Below, in pieces: positions 54,479-57,056 of a stretch of DNA of 57,056 nucleotides. Position numbers and translations under genes: made by a program. The notes under the pieces are model-generated. The model was not told where the DNA came from, did not search any database, and was given only the letters and a program-made list of their open reading frames with translations. Position 1 is the first letter of the stretch; every line of letters begins with the position of its first letter. Origin of the DNA: Candidatus Dormibacteria bacterium (lineage in GTDB: Bacteria; Chloroflexota; Dormibacteria; Aeolococcales; Aeolococcaceae); contig JBEKGP010000001.1 in assembly GCA_050012735.1 (NCBI GenBank), positions 68,055 through 125,110 of the forward strand, read 5' to 3'.

Positions 54479-54775
54479 GTGGCCTCTCTGGCAGAACGGT
54501 TCGGACGGGCCGTACGGGCGGAACGCATCCGCCAGGGGCTCTCCCAGGAAGGCCTGGCGGAACTGGCGGGGGTCGACCGGACCTACATCTCCGGCTTGGA
54601 GCGGGGTCGACGCAACCCGGCACTCTCAACAGTGGAGCGGATCGCGGAGGCACTCCGAGCCGAGTCCTGGCAACTCCTTCAAGCGCAAGCGCGCCCGACG
54701 GCGCCGTCGGCCGACATTCTGCCGACCAACCTGTCGGCAGATACCGGGTCAGGCCATCAGGAGGCGGCACGATAA
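54479..54775 (+). CDS. XRE-family helix-turn-helix transcriptional regulator
   Basis: 98-aa ORF (GTG). RAERIRQGLSQEGLAELAGVDRTYISGLERGRRNPALSTVERIAEAL is a canonical Cro/C1-type HTH. Confidence 0.8.
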   Translation: MASLAERFGRAVRAERIRQGLSQEGLAELAGVDRTYISGLERGRRNPALSTVERIAEALRAESWQLLQAQARPTAPSADILPTNLSADTGSGHQEAAR

Positions 54776-54842
54776 CCCCTTGCCAGGACTGGGATTTCGG
54801 GACGCGTCGGCACTAGCCGGGAGGCTCCGACACAGCGGCCGT

Positions 54843-54905
<63 letters not shown>

Positions 54906-55042
54906 TTCGTATTCGGGTCGGGCAGACGGTGCGTCATCCCGCCTGCTGATCACCCCGCCGCCGGGCAGCCACTCGCGGCCACCCGGCAGCGCGGCCGGGG
55001 TGATGGGGCCGATCCACCGCCGGAAAGGCGGGCCGGCGATCC

Positions 55043-55234
55043 TCAGCGCTTGGCGACGCGGGTGCGGTGCTCGCGGTGGACGCTCATCAGCGCGGAGACG
55101 ACCCACACGATCGCGAACAGAACGACCAACGCGAAGATCAGGTGGAGCAGTGGCGAGAGCACGAAGAAGATGAAGAAGAGGACGACCAGGACGAGCAGGA
55201 CGGCGGAGAGCGGGTGACGGACCAGGTGCATCAT
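55043..55234 (-). CDS. Small two-TM hydrophobic protein (63 aa)
   Basis: ORF 55043..55567 trimmed to ATG 55234 (MMHLVRHPLSAVLLVLVVLFFIFFVLSPLLHLIFALVVLFAIVWVVSALM...). The coding stretch is strongly biased and lower in GC. Confidence 0.45.
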   Translation of the reverse strand: MMHLVRHPLSAVLLVLVVLFFIFFVLSPLLHLIFALVVLFAIVWVVSALMSVHREHRTRVAKR

Positions 55235-55601
55235 GACCCTCACCTTACGCCCCCACCCCGCGGGCTGCCGCGGGGAGGCGGCCCGGCGGCCGGCTCCGTT
55301 CCCGACTTCGCCTCGACCACTCGGCTCGGCGATGCCGCGTTGGTGGGGACCCGCAGCGGGGTGGCCGCCATCTCCGGCGCCTGAGACCCTCCACCTACAC
55401 TGGGTCGCGTGTCCGGGCTGATCGTCATCGCGGTCCTCGCCCTCGGGTTCGTGGCCCTGATGTGGTGGAGCAACCGCCTGCGCCCCACCCGGCCCCGATA
55501 CCGGAGCCGCTACCGGGGGCCCACCTACCTCGACATCCACGATGAGCTGAAAAGGCGCCGCCGCCACCCATGACCCGGCCCGGGTGAGGCAGACTCGTCC
55601 G

Positions 55602-56141
55602 ATGCGCCCCGTCTCCCCTCACCGCGTCGCCCACCTCTACCGGCTGCACTTTGCCGACACCCGGCGCGAGCGGCTCTTCCTCTCCTCCGCCGGCTTCTTC
55701 ACGGCCTTCGCCGCCACCCGCGGGATCACCCACGCCATCCGGCGCGGGATCGGACCCTTTCACGACCTCGGGCTTGGCGGCCGCCACCTCCACCATCTCG
55801 TCTTCGGGATCGCCGGGTTGCTGGGCACCGGCTACCTCTGGCTGGTCGAGGTCGGCACCGGCGACGGCGCCCGCCCGGAGGGCCCCGCCTCCAAGCTCAC
55901 CGCGCTGACCTATGGCGCGGCATCCGCGCTGACCCTCGACGAATTCGCCCTCTGGCTCAATCTCAAGGACGTCTACTGGGACCGGGAGGGGCGCGAGAGC
56001 GTCGACGCCGTGGTTCTCTTCGGTGCCGCCCTCTCCATCGGGCTCTGGGGCGAGCCCTTCTTCCACGCCCTCTACCGGGAGGCGCGCCGGGGGTGGGAGA
56101 GGGCCGAGGGTCTCCATCCGGAGGAGCAGCCGTCCCGCTGA
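55602..56141 (+). CDS. Integral membrane protein, unknown function
   Basis: ORF 55584..56141 (GTG 55584 or ATG 55602). Four hydrophobic segments. No family recognised. Confidence 0.5.
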   Translation: MRPVSPHRVAHLYRLHFADTRRERLFLSSAGFFTAFAATRGITHAIRRGIGPFHDLGLGGRHLHHLVFGIAGLLGTGYLWLVEVGTGDGARPEGPASKLTALTYGAASALTLDEFALWLNLKDVYWDREGRESVDAVVLFGAALSIGLWGEPFFHALYREARRGWERAEGLHPEEQPSR

Positions 56142-56223
56142 CGGGACGGCCGGCGAGCCCTCGCTGCAGAGCGGTTGGCTAGAGTGAGGTGGTGAGCCCC
56201 CACCTTCCCCAGGCCTCCTGACC

Positions 56224-57056
56224 ATGCACGGCTGGGCCCATGGCTCTCCCGCAGAGAAGCCGAGTGGCCGGCTGTCCAACCGCCACCTCGCCCGCCGCGT
56301 GTTCGGTCTCTTCCGCCCCCACCGCCGCCAGGTGGTGCTGGCCGTCGGGCTGATCGTCTTCACCTCGGGGCTGGGCGTCGTCAACCCGATCCTGATCAAG
56401 TTCGTCTTCGACGCCCTCTTCCCGGCCGGAGGCGGTGGGCCCGTCATGCGGCTGGTGGTCATCTACGCCGGGCTGATGATCCTCATCCCGGTGATCACCG
56501 GCACGGTCGGCATCGCTCAGACCTACCAGATCAACAGCATCGGCCAGCGGCTGATGGAGGACCTGCGCAACTCGCTCTACGCCCACCTCCAGGGGCTCTC
56601 GATGCGCTTCTTTACCTCCACCCGCACCGGGGAGATTCAGTCCCGCTTCACCAACGACGTCGGCGGCATCCAGTCGGTGGTGACGGACACCGCCTCCTCC
56701 ATCGTCGCCAACGTGGTCGTCATCGCCAGCACCCTGGTGGCGATGCTGGTGCTCAGCTGGCAGCTCACCGCCCTCTCCCTCTTCATGATGCCGGTCTTCC
56801 TTTTCCTCACCTACCGGGCGGGAAACGCGCGGCGCAAGGTCACCCTCCTGGCGCAGGAATCCAAGGCCGAGATGAGCGCCATCACCCAGGAAACGCTCTC
56901 CATCTCCGGGATCCTGCTGGGCAAGACCTTTGGCCGCCAGCGCGAGGAGATGGCCCGCTTCCGGTCGGAGAACCGCCAGGTCGCCGACCTCTCGATCCGG
57001 GCGGCGATGGTGGGGCGGGTCCTCTTCGCCATGGTCCAGGTCTTCTTCTCGATCGC
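56224..57056 (+). CDS. ABC exporter, fused permease/ATPase type (N-terminal transmembrane domain; 3' end beyond the window)
   Basis: Not in the ORF track because there is no stop in the window. From ATG 56224: MHGWAHGSPAEK...RRVFGLFRPHRRQVVLAVGLIVFTSGLGVVNPILIKFVFD...LQGLSMRFFTSTRTGEIQSRFTNDVGGIQ... This is the typical ABC_membrane (MsbA-like) domain. Confidence 0.85.
   Translation, partial: MHGWAHGSPAEKPSGRLSNRHLARRVFGLFRPHRRQVVLAVGLIVFTSGLGVVNPILIKFVFDALFPAGGGGPVMRLVVIYAGLMILIPVITGTVGIAQTYQINSIGQRLMEDLRNSLYAHLQGLSMRFFTSTRTGEIQSRFTNDVGGIQSVVTDTASSIVANVVVIASTLVAMLVLSWQLTALSLFMMPVFLFLTYRAGNARRKVTLLAQESKAEMSAITQETLSISGILLGKTFGRQREEMARFRSENRQVADLSIRAAMVGRVLFAMVQVFFSI

Noticed and set aside
55409-55573. 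54-codon ORF (VSGLIVIAVLALGFVALMWW...KRRRRHP) between the small membrane protein and the next gene
   Set aside because: It encodes a plausible single-TM peptide. But it has a GTG start without a recognisable SD or -10 box, it is below the ORF-track threshold, and there is nothing to compare it with. The support is too weak to annotate.

Overview
57-kb bacterial chromosomal segment, high G+C (about 70% by eye). It has actinobacterial-style features: many GTG/TTG starts, 4-nt start/stop overlaps, -10 boxes placed for leaderless mRNAs, and very long spurious antisense ORFs. I call about 62 CDS, 3 tRNAs and one integrated element. I saw no rRNA, CRISPR array or transposase. Blocks: (i) 1-7.9 kb: partial OmpR-type response regulator, a beta-hydroxyacid dehydrogenase, a DedA-RDD-ArsR fusion protein translationally coupled to a SulP/STAS transporter, and a GH130 / eukaryotic-type PMM / mannose-6-P isomerase operon. 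(ii) 8.1-10.4 kb: a duplicated module of uncharacterised membrane proteins plus two helical-domain paralogs, one fused to an OmpR-type winged helix. Three copies of a 19-nt direct-repeat box sit upstream of module genes. This is my best candidate for an undescribed regulatory system. (iii) 10.4-17.8 kb: URO-D-like protein, membrane protein, methyl-accepting chemotaxis protein, ROK regulator, small RHH-like protein, 2-hydroxyacid dehydrogenase, tRNA-Pro, plsY. (iv) 18-38.7 kb: a glycerol/dihydroxyacetone super-locus with two divergent arms around an IclR regulator. The minus arm is glpK-SorC-aldolase-HAD-dhaL-dhaK. The plus arm is glpF-dhaK-dhaL-glpK-glpABC, a DhaM-HPr-EnzymeI fusion, pgsA-like, SDR and AKR. 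(v) 38.8-48.1 kb: der, a JAMM protease, a 74-aa protein, a Cys/Met PLP enzyme, eno, an M20 peptidase, a coiled-coil protein, a Pro/Thr-rich surface protein and an AKR. (vi) 48.1-54.9 kb: two tRNA-Ser genes flanking a GerW/YtfJ-like gene, and a 6.0-kb integrative element inserted in tRNA-Ser(CGA). The element has a satellite/PICI-like layout: int, repressor, xis-like, RepA-like ATPase, iterons and a small membrane/lipoprotein cargo. (vii) 55-57 kb: small membrane proteins and a partial ABC exporter. All calls come from reading the sequence and ORF translations. No database search was run.
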